A stretch of DNA of 64,000 nt from Acidobacteriota bacterium (GTDB lineage Bacteria; Acidobacteriota; Thermoanaerobaculia; Multivoradales; JAGPDF01). This document shows positions 10,350-23,335 of the stretch, in pieces. The position numbers and the translations under genes are program-made. The notes below the pieces were generated by a model, which saw only the letters and a list, made by a program, of their open reading frames with translations, was not told the origin of the DNA and did no database searches. Every line of letters begins with the position of its first letter. The first letter of the stretch is position 1. Where the stretch lies: the NCBI GenBank assembly GCA_045862895.1, contig BTUO01000005.1:207980-271979 (forward strand), given 5' to 3'.

Positions 10350-11867
10350 TCAGACTCCGGCGGAGACCACCGACGGGGCGCGGCGCTCGCCGGACGACTC
10401 CGCCGCCAGGCGGCGCCGGAACTGCAGGTGCCGGCGACGGCTCGCCTCGACCAGCGGGCGCCAGAGCCGGCCGGTGAGCGTGCGGCGAATCAGGTGGTAC
10501 CAGATCCGGTTGGCGCGCTTGTAGAGGTAGCTGCCGGCGAGATAGGCCGGCACCGCCGACGGATCGCTCGGACGCCGTCGCCAGATGGAGGCGTGCGAGA
10601 AGAGCCGCCGGTAGCAGCCGGAGTACCCCTCCTCCAGCTCCTCGATGGTCATCCGTTTCGGCCGGAAGACGACGTGCGCGGTGTCGTAGCGCGACCAGTC
10701 GCGGTGGAGCAGCCGCCCCTCCGCCTCGAGCTGCGCGTAGAGCGGCGTCCCCGGATAGGGCGTCAGGATGTGGAACGTCGCGCACTCGAGGCGGTTCGCT
10801 TCGATCCACTCGACCGTGCGGTCGAAGACTTCGGGTCCGTCGTGATCGAAGCCGAGCACGAAGCTGCCGTTCACCTGGATGCCGTGGTCGTGCAGGATGG
10901 CGACGCGCCGCGCGTAGTCCTCCGGGCGCGGGCTGCGCTTGCCGGCGTCGGCGATGTTGCCGGCGTCGAGCGACTCGAAGCCGACGAAGACGCCGGTGCA
11001 GCCGGCGAGCGCCATCTCCCGGACCAGCGACGGATCGTCGGTGGTGTCGATCGAGATCGCCGCGCTCCAGATTCGTTCGAGCGGCGCCAGTGCACGGCAG
11101 AGCTCGCGCAGGTAGCGCCGGTTCGATCCGAGGTTGTTGTCGATGAAGACGCCGTAAGGCTCGCCCCCTGCCGAGAACTCGGCGGCGATCTGCTCCGGGG
11201 CGCGCATCTGGTACGGCAGGTGCAGCCCTTCGGTCGACAGGTAGCAGAAGCCGCAGCGATTGTGGCAGCCGCGCGTCGCGATCAGGCTGGTCGGCGTCAG
11301 GAAGGCGTGGCGCGGCAGCAGGTCGCGGCGCGGCGCCGGCTCGTCGCGGTACGGGGTCCGGTAGCTCCCCTCGTAGCGCGCCTCGAGCCGATCGAGCTCG
11401 ACGTCGCGCAGGATCCGCCCCCAGAGCTGGACCCCTTCGCCGATCGCCAGCGCGTCGGCGTGCGGCGCGCATTCCTGCGGGCAGGAGAGGACGTGGAGCC
11501 CGCCGAGCACCACCTTCGCGCCGCGCTCGCGGTACCAGCGCGCGAGCTCGAAGGCGCGCGCGGCGAAGGTGAGGTGGACGGTGATTCCGACCACCTCCGG
11601 CAGCGGATTCCACGGCGGCGCCCCCTGGAGCAGGTTCTCGTCCCAGAGCTCGACGCTCCACTCGGGCGGCGTCGAGGCCGCGATCGAGGTCAGCGCCAGG
11701 CTCGGCGTCAGCACGTGCTTGCCGAAGCTCGCGATCGGGTCCTTCGGATAGAAGGGGTTGATCAGCAGCGCGTGGCGACGCCGGATCGCCTCCGGCCAGA
11801 GGTGGTCGCCGAGCTCCGGCGCTTCGCGCATCGCCCTCGGCCAGTAGAGCCCGTCCCGGTATCCCAT
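10350..11867 (-). CDS. B12-binding domain-containing radical SAM protein
   Basis: N-terminal cobalamin-binding Rossmann segment followed by CxxxCxxC (RGCHNRCGFC) radical-SAM cluster motif; GGAGG 7 nt upstream of ATG. Confidence 0.85.
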   Translation of the reverse strand: MGYRDGLYWPRAMREAPELGDHLWPEAIRRRHALLINPFYPKDPIASFGKHVLTPSLALTSIAASTPPEWSVELWDENLLQGAPPWNPLPEVVGITVHLTFAARAFELARWYRERGAKVVLGGLHVLSCPQECAPHADALAIGEGVQLWGRILRDVELDRLEARYEGSYRTPYRDEPAPRRDLLPRHAFLTPTSLIATRGCHNRCGFCYLSTEGLHLPYQMRAPEQIAAEFSAGGEPYGVFIDNNLGSNRRYLRELCRALAPLERIWSAAISIDTTDDPSLVREMALAGCTGVFVGFESLDAGNIADAGKRSPRPEDYARRVAILHDHGIQVNGSFVLGFDHDGPEVFDRTVEWIEANRLECATFHILTPYPGTPLYAQLEAEGRLLHRDWSRYDTAHVVFRPKRMTIEELEEGYSGCYRRLFSHASIWRRRPSDPSAVPAYLAGSYLYKRANRIWYHLIRRTLTGRLWRPLVEASRRRHLQFRRRLAAESSGERRAPSVVSAGV

Positions 11868-11994
11868 CGCCCGCCTCCTCTCCGCATCCGCGCGGAAGCT
11901 AGCGAGGCGGGAGCGTTCTCGTGCGGTCGAGTCGGGACCGGGCGCGGGCGCATCGTGGCGGAATCGTGGCGCCGCGCCGGAGCGCGCCGGAGAC

Positions 11995-13728
11995 TCAGGG
12001 GACGAGCCGCGGATTCCAGTACGAGGTCGAGCCGTTCTCGAAGCCGTCGCGGAACAGGACGGTGTCGGCGGCGCGCTTGACCAGGCGGACGAAGCGGACC
12101 TCGAGGTCGGCGGGGCCGGCGGCGATCAGGCGCAGGTCCGCGCCGTGCGGCAAGGAGCCGTTCCAGCGCGCGGCGTCGAGGCGGAAAGTGGCGGTCTTCC
12201 AGACGCCGTCGCCGGTGAGCGTCACCGCGTCGGAGAGCACCGTCCCGGAGGCCGCCGGATAGGCGACCCGCCAAGAGCCCGAACCGCTGTCCTTGAACGT
12301 CACCTTGAGGTCGACGAGAAAGCCGCGTCCCGGCGGCAGGAAGCGGTCGTCGGCGAAGAGCGCGAGACCGTCCTGCCCGGCGCCGCGGTTCGTCCGCCGC
12401 CCCTCCCAGGCCGTCCCGTTCGACGGATCGAGAACGTCCGTCGTGCTCTCGGTGCCGCGACGAGAGGCGCTGCCCGGGACATCGCGCTGCACCAGCCAGC
12501 GCTCGAGGTTCCTGATCCAGGGCTTTCCGGTCCAGTTCCGGCTGTCGTCGTCGAGCCAGTAGGTGTCCTCGGCCTCGCGCAGCGCCGCCCAGGCGTCGGC
12601 CGACGAGTAGGCGGTCTGGCCGAGAGAGTGGCGCACCCAGCTCCAGTGCACCGGATGCTGGTCGAGGTAGCTCGGACCCGGTACGACGTAGAGCCAGTTG
12701 AGCCGCATCTGGAGCACTTTCAGGTTCGACATCTTGATCGCGTAGTAGCGCTGAGCAGCCGGAACCGAGAAGCCGCAGTCGGTGTAGCACTCGTTCTCCG
12801 AGGCGCGCACGCGTCCGCGGAAGAAGGCGTCCCAGCTCTCGTCGGCGACGAGATACCCGTTCGAGTCGATCGTCGTGCCGTAAGCCGGGATCTCGGAAAG
12901 ATGGAAGTTGAAGACCTCGGTGATGCCGGTGCGGATCCCCGTGCCGGCGGCGACCGCGTCGCGCGCCAGCAGGTCGTCGGCCGCGCCCCACGAGGAGAAC
13001 GGGTAGTCCTCGCCGGTGAAGACCAGCTTCCAGGAGAAGTCGTCCGTCGGGTCGCCGTTCTCGCCGTCGGCGATCGCCACGAGGGTCGCCATCGCGGGAT
13101 GGAACCAGCCGGCGAACTGCGGGAACGTCAGATCGCCGTTCTGCGCCGCGATCTCGGGGATGTCGAAGTCGAACTCGCACCAGGTGAAGGCGCCGGGCAC
13201 GTACATCAGCCGCATCCGGGGGTCCGAGCGCAGCCCGCGGGTGATCAACACCTCGCGCAGCATCGCCGTCGCCTTCTGCCAGAGACAGGCGTTCCAGATC
13301 GGCAGGTGCGGGTCGTTCTCGTAGCCGACACCGACGGTCGAGACGCCGCACGCCGTGCGCGCCCACGCCGGCGCCCAGTCGGTGCCGGAGATCCAGATGC
13401 GCAGCCAGAACGGGTCGTTGCCGGCGAGCTGGGCATCCCAGGACGGGAAGAAGGTGCCGTAAACCGAGTCGGTGGCCGTGGTCGAGAACGTCGACTCGGT
13501 CGGCTTGAGCTGCCGCCAGGTCAGGTCGACCACGCGCAGGTTGACGTGGTGTGCCGGACTCGCGGACTCCGAGAAGAATCCCGAGTCGGGTGCCGGCTGG
13601 ACCCACGCGGGCAGCGACCAGTCGTCGCCGGCGACGACCGACACCAGCTCCCCCGCCGCGCCGGCGTTCCCCGGCGCCACTCCCGCGAGCACGACCAGCC
13701 AGCCCAGCAGCCTTTTCGCTTCCCGCAT
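11995..13728 (-). CDS. Secreted hypothetical protein (577 aa) ending in shared C-terminal motif VLFRDGFENGSTSYWNPRLVP
   Basis: Signal peptide (LVVLAGVAPGNAGAAGE); non-biased composition; C-terminal tag shared with three other secreted proteins in the window. Confidence 0.7.
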   Translation of the reverse strand: MREAKRLLGWLVVLAGVAPGNAGAAGELVSVVAGDDWSLPAWVQPAPDSGFFSESASPAHHVNLRVVDLTWRQLKPTESTFSTTATDSVYGTFFPSWDAQLAGNDPFWLRIWISGTDWAPAWARTACGVSTVGVGYENDPHLPIWNACLWQKATAMLREVLITRGLRSDPRMRLMYVPGAFTWCEFDFDIPEIAAQNGDLTFPQFAGWFHPAMATLVAIADGENGDPTDDFSWKLVFTGEDYPFSSWGAADDLLARDAVAAGTGIRTGITEVFNFHLSEIPAYGTTIDSNGYLVADESWDAFFRGRVRASENECYTDCGFSVPAAQRYYAIKMSNLKVLQMRLNWLYVVPGPSYLDQHPVHWSWVRHSLGQTAYSSADAWAALREAEDTYWLDDDSRNWTGKPWIRNLERWLVQRDVPGSASRRGTESTTDVLDPSNGTAWEGRRTNRGAGQDGLALFADDRFLPPGRGFLVDLKVTFKDSGSGSWRVAYPAASGTVLSDAVTLTGDGVWKTATFRLDAARWNGSLPHGADLRLIAAGPADLEVRFVRLVKRAADTVLFRDGFENGSTSYWNPRLVP

Positions 13729-13742
13729 GCGTCGGTCCCCGG

Positions 13743-17186
<3,444 letters not shown>

Positions 17187-17217
17187 GGCCAGTTTCCGGA
17201 GACCGGGTACTGGCAGT

Positions 17218-19143
17218 CTAGCGCGGCGCCTCGCGGCCGTCGGGCGCGATGTCGACCCGCCGACCCGTCTCGCGCAGCCGCTCCGCGAGCCACCTCGCCC
17301 GCCGGCACCCGGGGTCGTCCGCGAGCTTGCGCTCGAGCTCGCGCGCGACCCCTTCGCCGAACGCCGGATCGAGCGCGGCGCGGCCGAGCGTCGCTTCGAG
17401 GTCCTCCGGCTGCACGAAGCGGTAGGGCTCGCCGCTCCAGCCGCCGGCGCCACTGTGCAGGAAGAGCATCGACTCGTCGTCCCAGTCGACGAGCGCCCAG
17501 AGCTCGGGCGGGAACAGCAGCGCGTTGGCGGTCGACTCGCCGACCTGCCGGAAGCCGCCGGCCCCGTCGGGCTCGACCACCGGCACGCGGCGCGTCTCGT
17601 AGCGGACCAGCGCGCCGACCGCGCCACGCCCGGCGAGGAACGCCTCCCAGCGGACGGGGTCGCGGCGCGCAGCGGCGATCTGCCCGAGCAGCTCCGGCTC
17701 GAGCTCCATGCGGCCGTCGACGAACACCCGCCGCGGCGGAAACAGCCGCCAGAGCAGATAGCCGCCGTGAACGAACTCGTTGTAGAGCGGACCGACCTCG
17801 GGATGCGCCGCGAGCACGTTCGCCATCCGCTCGGGAAAACGCCCCGGTGCGACCCCCGTTCCCCAGGCGAGCCCGCCGTGACGCGCGCGCAGCGGCCCCG
17901 ACGACGGCGGCGCCGCGGCCCAGAGCGCGATCGCAGCCGCGGCAGCGATGGCGAGGATGGCCAGCGTCCGCTCGCGGCGAACCGACTCCGGCCGCGCGTC
18001 GGGAATCGCCGCCAGGCACCGCGCGGCCCAGGGCGTCGCGAGTGCGAAGAAGAGCGCCTGGTGGCGCACCCCCGAGAGCGCCAGCGCCGCCATCGCCGCC
18101 GCCGGCAGCCCCCACGCCGGCGCCGGCCAGCGCCCGGACGCCAGCCGCGCGGCCGCAGCCAGGGCCGCGACGATCGCGAAACCGCCGTAGAGGTAGGGCT
18201 GCGGCGCTTCGATCGACGACATCCACTCCGGATTGTGGGCGGAGAGCCCGCCGAGCGCCCGCGCGATCCCGACCGGCACCTCGATCAGTCGCCAGCCGTA
18301 GGGATTGACGAGCAGCGCCGCCGCCAGCAGCGCCGGGACCCCCACGAGCAGCGAGGCCGGGACTCTTCGCGAAGATGCCTCACGCCTCGCTTCGAGCGCG
18401 CGGCCGGCGAGAAACAGGAACGCCACCCCCGGCGCCAGCAGCGCCTGTCCGTGGCAGTTGACCCAGAGCACCACCAGCAGCACGAGACCGACGAGTTCGA
18501 CCCGCATCCCGCGGCGGTGCCGAGCCGTCCCTTCCCGCCATCCTCCGGTGGCCGCGTCGTCGACCACCGCTCCGAGCTCGCGACTCGCCTCCGGGGGCCT
18601 GCTCTTCGACAGCTCGTCTTTGGTCTCTGGTCGTGGAGTCTCTGCCCTCGTCGATCCTTCCCGCCGACTCGCGAGCCGATCGAGCAACAGCAGGAGCGTG
18701 AGCAACGCGAACAGCGTGACGATCTCCGGCCGGACGAGGAAGCGCGGCCGCACACCGAGCAGGCCGGCGAGCGCGAGCAGCCCCGCGAGCCCGGCGCCGA
18801 GCCCCGCCCGGCGGGCGTGGTGGAAGAGCAGCAGCGCGAAGCCGCCGAGCGCCGCGGCGCGCAGCGCGATCAGGCCGTCGAGGCCGGCGACCCGCTCGAC
18901 GCCGTGAACGACGACCTGGAACAGCCACTCGTGATCGACCCAGGCCGCGCCGCCGCTGGTGAACCGGAACGGGTCGACGCGCGGGATCGCGTCGTGCTCG
19001 AGCATCCAGCGCCCGGCCGCGAGGTGCCAGAACAGGTCGCTCTCGAAGATCGGGAAGACGCCGGCGACGACGCCCGCCAGCGCCACGGCCGCGGCGACCA
19101 GCAGGCCGCGGGGGACGACTCGGTGCCTCGTCTCCCCGCTCAT
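17218..19143 (-). CDS. GT-C-fold membrane glycosyltransferase-like protein (ArnT/PMT_2-like)
   Basis: First periplasmic loop FESDLFWHLAAGRWMLEHDAIPRVDPF...WVDHEWLFQ aligns with the ArnT/PMT acidic-loop pattern; at least 10 TM helices; low-complexity insert in the middle. Confidence 0.6.
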   Translation of the reverse strand: MSGETRHRVVPRGLLVAAAVALAGVVAGVFPIFESDLFWHLAAGRWMLEHDAIPRVDPFRFTSGGAAWVDHEWLFQVVVHGVERVAGLDGLIALRAAALGGFALLLFHHARRAGLGAGLAGLLALAGLLGVRPRFLVRPEIVTLFALLTLLLLLDRLASRREGSTRAETPRPETKDELSKSRPPEASRELGAVVDDAATGGWREGTARHRRGMRVELVGLVLLVVLWVNCHGQALLAPGVAFLFLAGRALEARREASSRRVPASLLVGVPALLAAALLVNPYGWRLIEVPVGIARALGGLSAHNPEWMSSIEAPQPYLYGGFAIVAALAAAARLASGRWPAPAWGLPAAAMAALALSGVRHQALFFALATPWAARCLAAIPDARPESVRRERTLAILAIAAAAAIALWAAAPPSSGPLRARHGGLAWGTGVAPGRFPERMANVLAAHPEVGPLYNEFVHGGYLLWRLFPPRRVFVDGRMELEPELLGQIAAARRDPVRWEAFLAGRGAVGALVRYETRRVPVVEPDGAGGFRQVGESTANALLFPPELWALVDWDDESMLFLHSGAGGWSGEPYRFVQPEDLEATLGRAALDPAFGEGVARELERKLADDPGCRRARWLAERLRETGRRVDIAPDGREAPR

Positions 19144-19159
19144 CGCGGCGGCTCCGGGA

Positions 19160-20230
19160 TCAGGAGTCGCCCAGCGCGCGCCGGACGTGAGAGATGTCGA
19201 GCAGGAACACGCCCTGCGAGGCGTGCTTCTCGGGCTCGAACTCGAGGTCGCGCACGACGCGCCGGAAAACCTCCTTGAGCGCGCGCGCTCCCAACCGCGG
19301 CTGCCGGGCGGCGGCGCGCGCGATGGTGCGCACGGCCTCGGGCGAGATGGCGAGCTGGACTCCGCGCGCCGCGAAGTAGGCGCGCGTCTGCTGGAAGCCG
19401 GAGTCGGGATTCTCGAGGAAGATCTTGACCAGCTCGTCGAGGCCGAGGTCCTCGAGCAGCACCACGGCGTCGAAGCGCGCCAGGAACTGCGGCGTCATGC
19501 CGTAGGCGAACAGGTCGTCGTTGCGCAGCCAGTCGGCCAGCCGGAAGACGAGGCGTTCGACCACCTTGCCGTCCTCGACCACGGTCACCGGCTGCAGCGT
19601 CCCCTTGTCCGCTCCGATGGTCACCCGGTCGAAGACCGCGTCGTAGAGCCCTTCGAAGGCGCCGCCGCAGACGAACAGCAGCCCGCGCGCGTCGAACGCC
19701 GCGGTGCCGCCGCCGAGCCACGCCGGCAGCTCGACCGGCACCACCTCGTTCTCCATCAGCGTCAGCAGGGCCTCCTGGGCGCGGATGCCGCGCACGTTGG
19801 GCTGGCCGCCGACGTGGGCGCGGATCTTGTCGACCTCGTCGACGAAGACCAGGCCCTTGCCCGCGCGCTCGAGGACCTGCTCGCGGGTGGCGCCGCCGCC
19901 GAGCTGCTCGCGCGAGCGCTCGAGCAGCCGCTTGAAGACCGCGGCGCCGGGGCGCCCCGCCTCGGCCTCTTCGCCGAGCACGTTGGCGTGGAGTCGCACC
20001 ACCGCCGACCGGCCCGCCAGGCGCGGGTCGGCGGCGAGCACGTCTTCGACCGCGCGCATCAGCGTGGTCTTGCCGGTGCCCGAGGAACCGATCATCAGGA
20101 TGTGGCCGACGGCGAGACCCGAGGCCTTCTTGGCCACCGCCACCGCCATCTCACGCACGGCGGTGTCCTGGCCGATGACGCGTTTGCCGAGGGCGCCGGC
20201 GATCTCCTGGGGCGACGGAGCGGAGCTCAT
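19160..20230 (-). CDS. ClpX/HslU-family AAA+ ATPase (ClpX-like, no zinc-finger, no GYVG pore loop)
   Basis: Walker A GSSGTGKT, Walker B LVFVDEVDK, sensor and arginine-finger region typical of ClpX/HslU clade; 356 aa. Confidence 0.8.
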   Translation of the reverse strand: MSSAPSPQEIAGALGKRVIGQDTAVREMAVAVAKKASGLAVGHILMIGSSGTGKTTLMRAVEDVLAADPRLAGRSAVVRLHANVLGEEAEAGRPGAAVFKRLLERSREQLGGGATREQVLERAGKGLVFVDEVDKIRAHVGGQPNVRGIRAQEALLTLMENEVVPVELPAWLGGGTAAFDARGLLFVCGGAFEGLYDAVFDRVTIGADKGTLQPVTVVEDGKVVERLVFRLADWLRNDDLFAYGMTPQFLARFDAVVLLEDLGLDELVKIFLENPDSGFQQTRAYFAARGVQLAISPEAVRTIARAAARQPRLGARALKEVFRRVVRDLEFEPEKHASQGVFLLDISHVRRALGDS

Positions 20231-20239
20231 CCCGACATC

Positions 20240-22141
20240 CTAAGGCAACGTGGCGGACCAGCGCGCCGCGTCGCCCCCCTCGAAGCAGTCGGCGAAGACC
20301 AGTTCGAGCGCGGCGTCGACCTCGAGCGCGTCCTCGAGCACGACGTGGTCCAGCCGGTAGTCGGCGGACGTGACGGCACCGTCGCCGTCGACGTCCAGCC
20401 AGAGCGCGAGCCAGACGTCCCAGAATCCCGCGACGGCGTCTCCCGGCAGATCGAACCCGCGCGTCTCGAGGTTGGCGCCGGGCACGAGCGGAGCCGCCGC
20501 GTCGTCGTCCGGATCGGAGACGAACTCGCCGTCGGGCGCCACCACGCTGGCGCCGAAGAGCACCGCCGGGTGGCCGAGCGCCGCGAGATCCGACGCTTCC
20601 GCGTGCAGCGCGATGCGCGCCGCCGGGCCGGCGATCCCGGGGCAGATCGAGCCCGCCACGACGTCGACCGGCGAGGCCAGGAACGCCGAGCGCTGGCCCG
20701 ACGGCGAGCCCGACGCGTTGTAGTAGTGATCGACGATCCAGCGCCAGGTCCGTTGCGGCGCCGGCGCGGGGTCGGACCAGCGCTTCGAGCCCCACTGCGA
20801 CATGCCGCGGCCGTGGCCGAAGCAGCCGTGCCCGGCCGCGACCGCGTCCGCGAGGCAGGGCCAGCCGAACGCGGGCGAGCCGACCGCGCCGTCGCCGCAC
20901 GAGAGGTCCGAGTTCGAGCAGGCGAGCCCGTCGTTGGGATCGTCCCAGCCGTTGTTCTCGGCCGAGTACTCGGCCTGGAACGCCGCGCCCTGGCGCTCGA
21001 GCAGGATCCCCGCGGTCGCCGCCACCGCGGCGTCGGTGCGCGCCGCGGTGTCGGGGTCGTTGACCTGGCAGCAGGCGCTGCTGCACAGGTCGAAGCTCGG
21101 GCGGATCGGGTGGTCGACGCGGTAGGAGGCGTAGCTGCGGTAGGCGATGGCACCGGCGGCGAGCGAGTCGTCGTCCCAAGAGGAGATCCACTCGTCGTTC
21201 AGGCCCCGCGCGACGTAAGTCTCGAGCGGCAGGACGCAGACCGCCGTGCACGAAGCGGTGCAGCAGATCGTCGAGCAGCCGGCGTCGGCGAAGCCGACGC
21301 GCACCGAGACGGGCGGCGCCAGCACCGTGCCGAGCGGCGAACGCCGCGGGTCCCAACCCGACTCCTCGCCGGTCGTCGCGCCGAGCGCCGCGCCGCCCGA
21401 CGCGGCGTGGACCCGGTGCGCGTCGCGGACGACCTCGGTCCCGGCACCCGGGGTGAGGCTCCACAGATGGAAAAGTCGATCCTCGACCGCGAGGACCCCT
21501 TCGAGCCGCCGGCTCCGCCGCCCTTCGGCCGAGACCTCGAGCGCGACGGGACGGAGCTCGGAGAGCTCGGCGCTCCGCGGGTCGGAGGACGGCAGGAGCA
21601 GTTCGTAGCGCCCGTCGGCGTCGGTCCAGGCGATCGTGCCGTCGTCGGCTCGAACCCGTGCCGCCGCGATCGGATCGCCGCTCTCGACGGCCACGACCCG
21701 TCCGGCGAGTCGGCTGGTGCCGCCGTCCCCGGCGATCGTCGCGTCCGTGCGCGCCCCCACCGCCTCCAGCGGATCGAGCTCGAAGACCCAGGTCGCCGGA
21801 GCCTCCGGCGCGGCGATCAGGCGGGCCGTCAGCGGCCGATGCCCCGGCGCGGAGGCGGTCGCCTGCCAGGCGCCGGGCGCGATCGAGACCACTGCCCGGC
21901 CCGACTCCGACAACGCGACGTGGAGCTCCCTTGCCGGAGATCCTTCGGCGCCACCGAAACGGACGTCGGCCGCCAGGGGCTTCGCCGAGTCCGCCGCCCG
22001 CACCAGGACCTCGATCGCGACCGGAGCTCCGGCAGGCGCCGTCGGCAGGCGCCGAGCCCAGGAGACTTCCGCGCCCGCGAGCAGCCCCGCTCCCACGGCG
22101 GCCGCCGCGGCCACCGCCCGCCCCGAGCTTCCGAAGATCAT
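20240..22141 (-). CDS. Secreted SpoIID/LytB-domain protein with CarboxypepD_reg-like N-terminal region, ending in shared C-terminal motif LVFADCFEGGDAARWSATLP
   Basis: HGCFGHGRGMSQWGSKRWS matches the SpoIID/LytB amidase-enhancer core; signal peptide; shared C-terminal tag. Confidence 0.75.
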   Translation of the reverse strand: MIFGSSGRAVAAAAAVGAGLLAGAEVSWARRLPTAPAGAPVAIEVLVRAADSAKPLAADVRFGGAEGSPARELHVALSESGRAVVSIAPGAWQATASAPGHRPLTARLIAAPEAPATWVFELDPLEAVGARTDATIAGDGGTSRLAGRVVAVESGDPIAAARVRADDGTIAWTDADGRYELLLPSSDPRSAELSELRPVALEVSAEGRRSRRLEGVLAVEDRLFHLWSLTPGAGTEVVRDAHRVHAASGGAALGATTGEESGWDPRRSPLGTVLAPPVSVRVGFADAGCSTICCTASCTAVCVLPLETYVARGLNDEWISSWDDDSLAAGAIAYRSYASYRVDHPIRPSFDLCSSACCQVNDPDTAARTDAAVAATAGILLERQGAAFQAEYSAENNGWDDPNDGLACSNSDLSCGDGAVGSPAFGWPCLADAVAAGHGCFGHGRGMSQWGSKRWSDPAPAPQRTWRWIVDHYYNASGSPSGQRSAFLASPVDVVAGSICPGIAGPAARIALHAEASDLAALGHPAVLFGASVVAPDGEFVSDPDDDAAAPLVPGANLETRGFDLPGDAVAGFWDVWLALWLDVDGDGAVTSADYRLDHVVLEDALEVDAALELVFADCFEGGDAARWSATLP

Positions 22142-22233
22142 CTTCCTTTCATTCTATGGACGTCTTCGCCGTTCCGTCTCGGGCCGCGAACCAGCTCCTC
22201 GCGACCTCCGCCCGGCTCCGGTAGATTCCCGCC

Positions 22234-23256
22234 ATGCGCCGATCGTTCGCCCTTCTCGCCCTCGCGCTCCTGTCGATTCCGCTCCCGGCCTCCCCGGCGG
22301 GCGCGCAAGCGACGCCGCCCGCTTCCGACCCGCTGGCGCGCGCCCAGTCGGCGGTCGACGCCGGCGACTCCGAGACCGCCCTGAAGCTGGTCGAGCCGGT
22401 CCTGAAGCGTGACAAGAAGAACCCGCGGGCGCTGCTGATCCGTTCGACGGCGCGCTGCCTCGAGGGCGACCTCGACGCCTGCAAGAAGGATCTCGACGCC
22501 GCGCTCGACGCCGACCCGAAACTGCGCCAGGGGTGGCTCAACCGCTCGGCGCTGGCGATCGCCGAGAAGCGCTGGGACGACGCGCTCGCCGCGCTCGACC
22601 GCGCGGAGGCGATCGACCCGGCGGCGGCCGACAACGGCCTCAACCAGGGTGCGGTCTTTCTCATGAAAGGGGAGCTCGAGCCGGGGACCGCCCAGTTCCG
22701 CCGTTACCTCGAGCGCGCCGGTGCCGACCCGAACGCCTGGTACCTGGTGGCGACCAACTACGCCTTCACCGGTTACGCCGCGCTCGCCGTCGAGCACCTG
22801 GGCCGCGCCATCGCGCTCGACGAGCGCCAGCGCCTGCGCGCCCGCGTCGACCCCAACTTCGCCGAGCTCTCGAACCACCGCGGCTTCCAGCAACTGCTGA
22901 CCACCGACGGCTTCCGGCCCGCCCCCGGCTCGCTCACCGCCGAAAAGCTCCTGCGCACCCGGCTCGCCGGCCCCGACTCCCCCGTCGTCACGGCCGCCCT
23001 GAACGCGGTCCAGCTCTCCGGCCTGCCGTTCCAGGGCAGCGTCGAGGTGACCGACGACTGGGCCCTGCTCTGGACCGAGTTCCGGATCAAGCTGTCGAAA
23101 GCCGACGGCGACATGACGCTCGTCACCCTCACCGCCGCCCCCGGCCGCTATACTCCCGAGCAATGGACCTCGCGCACCGAGGCCTTCTTCGCGACCCTGG
23201 AGCGGGAGCTGCTGAGGCTGGAGCTGGCGAAGGGGAGGGAGCGGGGCGCCTCCTGA
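22234..23256 (+). CDS. Secreted TPR-repeat protein
   Basis: Signal peptide (LALALLSIPLPASPAGAQA) then TPR-like helical repeats. Confidence 0.7.
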   Translation: MRRSFALLALALLSIPLPASPAGAQATPPASDPLARAQSAVDAGDSETALKLVEPVLKRDKKNPRALLIRSTARCLEGDLDACKKDLDAALDADPKLRQGWLNRSALAIAEKRWDDALAALDRAEAIDPAAADNGLNQGAVFLMKGELEPGTAQFRRYLERAGADPNAWYLVATNYAFTGYAALAVEHLGRAIALDERQRLRARVDPNFAELSNHRGFQQLLTTDGFRPAPGSLTAEKLLRTRLAGPDSPVVTAALNAVQLSGLPFQGSVEVTDDWALLWTEFRIKLSKADGDMTLVTLTAAPGRYTPEQWTSRTEAFFATLERELLRLELAKGRERGAS

Positions 23257-23335
23257 CGGTCGGGAACCCCGCTTCGTCTCCGAAGCACCGCGACATCCGT
23301 CGACGCGCATCCGTCGATCCGCACGGAGGGAACTG

